This document shows, piece by piece, positions 63,222 to 64,000 of a stretch of 64,000 nt of DNA. The translations under genes were made by a program, and so were the position numbers. The notes below the pieces were generated by a model, which was not told the DNA's origin, did no database searches, and worked only from the letters and a program-made list of their open reading frames with translations. Source of the DNA: an uncultured Bifidobacterium sp. (GTDB lineage Bacteria; Actinomycetota; Acidimicrobiia; Acidimicrobiales; Ilumatobacteraceae). Positions within the stretch are counted from its first letter, which is position 1. Every line of letters begins with the position of its first letter. The stretch lies in assembly GCA_964427545.1 (NCBI GenBank), contig CAYRUT010000004.1:3638-67637 (forward strand), given 5' to 3'.

Positions 63222-63244
63222 GAACCAGACAGAAGGAGACCGAC

Positions 63245-63433
63245 GTGAACTCTCGACCCGGCGAACGGGCCCAGGCCACCACCGAATACGCCCTCATGCT
63301 CCTCGTCGCGGCCATCATCGCGAGCCTCGTCATCGCGTGGGCCACTGCAGGGGGTGGCGCCGGGCGAATCGGCTCGCTATTCGACGGCGTTCTCGACTCG
63401 GTACTCACCAGGGCGAATGCACCGGCACCGTAG
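63245..63433 (+). CDS. Flp-type pilin-like small protein (DUF4244-like)
   Basis: GTG at 63245, 7 nt after AAGGAG. An ATG at 63218 is also in frame. 'ERAQATTEYALMLLVAAIIASLVIAW' has a TEYA motif and a hydrophobic helix. 62 aa. Confidence 0.6.
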   Translation: MNSRPGERAQATTEYALMLLVAAIIASLVIAWATAGGGAGRIGSLFDGVLDSVLTRANAPAP

Positions 63434-63779
63434 CTCGAGAGCACAGTCCACCGTCGAGTTTGCGCTCGTTCTGCCGCTGTTCGTCGGTTGCGTTGCACTG
63501 CTCGTCGGCACGACAACCGTGTGCCTGCAGTACCTGGCCCTTCATGATGTCGCCCGCACGGCTGCACGAGCCGCGGTGACAGCCGATGATCCGGCAACCG
63601 CCGCGAGAGCCGCGGTCGCAGATGCACGAATCGCCCTGACCGTGAGCGAAGACGGTGACCTCGTCACGGTCTCCGCACGGAGAACCGCCGGCGTGTGGTG
63701 GTTCTCGCGATTCCTGCCGGCGCCGCTTCTCTCCCAGTCGGTCACCATGATGCGTGAGGCCCCGATTGTGCTCGGCTGA
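63417..63779 (+). CDS. TadE-like pseudopilin family protein
   Basis: In-frame ATG at 63417. 'AQSTVEFALVLPLFVGCVALLVG' is the TadE N-terminal motif. 120 aa. Overlaps the pilin gene by 17 nt. Confidence 0.65.
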   Translation: MHRHRSSRAQSTVEFALVLPLFVGCVALLVGTTTVCLQYLALHDVARTAARAAVTADDPATAARAAVADARIALTVSEDGDLVTVSARRTAGVWWFSRFLPAPLLSQSVTMMREAPIVLG

Positions 63780-63800
63780 GAAAGCGTTAGCGTGACGCAC

Positions 63801-64000
63801 ATGGAATTGTCGCTGCGTCGATCCCGGGTGGGCGATCGTCACGTGCTGATGGTCACCGGCGACGTCGACATCGTGTCGATCCCGCGTTTCAACGATGCTC
63901 TGTCGCGACTCGTCACCGACGGAAAAGGCTCGACTGTGGTTGTCGACCTCGACGGCGCCGGCCTGGTCGACGACGCAGGCTTCGGTTTGCTGCTGGGCGC
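63801..64000 (+). CDS. STAS-domain anti-sigma-factor antagonist (partial; continues beyond the window)
   Basis: ATG at 63801: 'MELSLRRSRVGDRHVLMVTGDVDIVSIPRFNDALSRLV...VVVDLDGAGLVDDAGFGLLLG', a SpoIIAA-like pattern. No stop before the window end. Confidence 0.7.
   Translation, partial: MELSLRRSRVGDRHVLMVTGDVDIVSIPRFNDALSRLVTDGKGSTVVVDLDGAGLVDDAGFGLLLG

Noticed and set aside
1-64000. Search for rRNA, tRNA, tmRNA, CRISPR arrays, transposases and integrases
   Set aside because: The intergenic regions are all 170 nt or shorter, and none shows a tRNA-like T-arm (GTTCGAATC-type) or cloverleaf. There are no direct-repeat arrays, and no DDE, tyrosine or serine recombinase motifs among the ORFs.

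Overview
This is a high-GC, very gene-dense chromosomal segment. Its family content points to an actinobacterium: F420-type LLM oxidoreductases, a DUF2786/HExxH pair, a DUF4244-type Flp pilin in a 'helicase/secretion-neighbourhood' Tad cluster, and an HrdB-type sigma factor. That taxonomic call is inference only. I support about 64 protein-coding genes. No rRNA, tRNA, CRISPR array, transposase or integrase was seen.

Content from left to right:
- A secreted SGNH hydrolase (partial) and a giant S8 protease.
- An amidase, acyl-CoA ligase and F420-LLM block.
- A fasciclin lipoprotein, kynA and an orphan secreted protein.
- An arylsulfatase, an acyl-CoA dehydrogenase and a P-type ATPase.
- surE.
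- A MarR/TetR-controlled aromatic-catabolism island: two FAD hydroxylases, a VOC dioxygenase, FAH and SDR.
- A P450 and a beta-lactamase-like hydrolase.
- An OafA-like acyltransferase.
- A polar amino-acid ABC transporter.
- A DUF2786 + HExxH pair.
- A sulfatase/hydrolase operon.
- An orphan two-gene module at 47.1-49.2 kb.
- A poly-Thr glycosidase-like protein.
- MBL, asparaginase and AI-2E genes.
- YcaQ and a cyclophilin.
- A Cys-less DksA/TraR-like mini-protein.
- A sigma factor.
- A minimal Tad/Flp pilus locus followed by a STAS gene that is cut by the window end.

The best candidate for something undescribed is the translationally close pair 47124-47735 / 47751-49232. It has no recognisable family. 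The larger protein has an N-domain, a PPPP/acidic linker, a coiled coil, and a C-terminal domain ending in a RelE/ParE-like strand signature.

Secondary candidates:
- The GTGA-coupled DUF2786-HExxH pair.
- A basic C-terminal module shared by two secreted proteins.
- A membrane protein with a putative N-terminal His-brace ectodomain.

All family calls rest on motif recognition by eye. No searches were run. Start codons were chosen from frame-checked ATG/GTG/TTG candidates and are less certain than stops. Many long ORFs in the track are antisense or 5'-extension artefacts typical of high-GC DNA.
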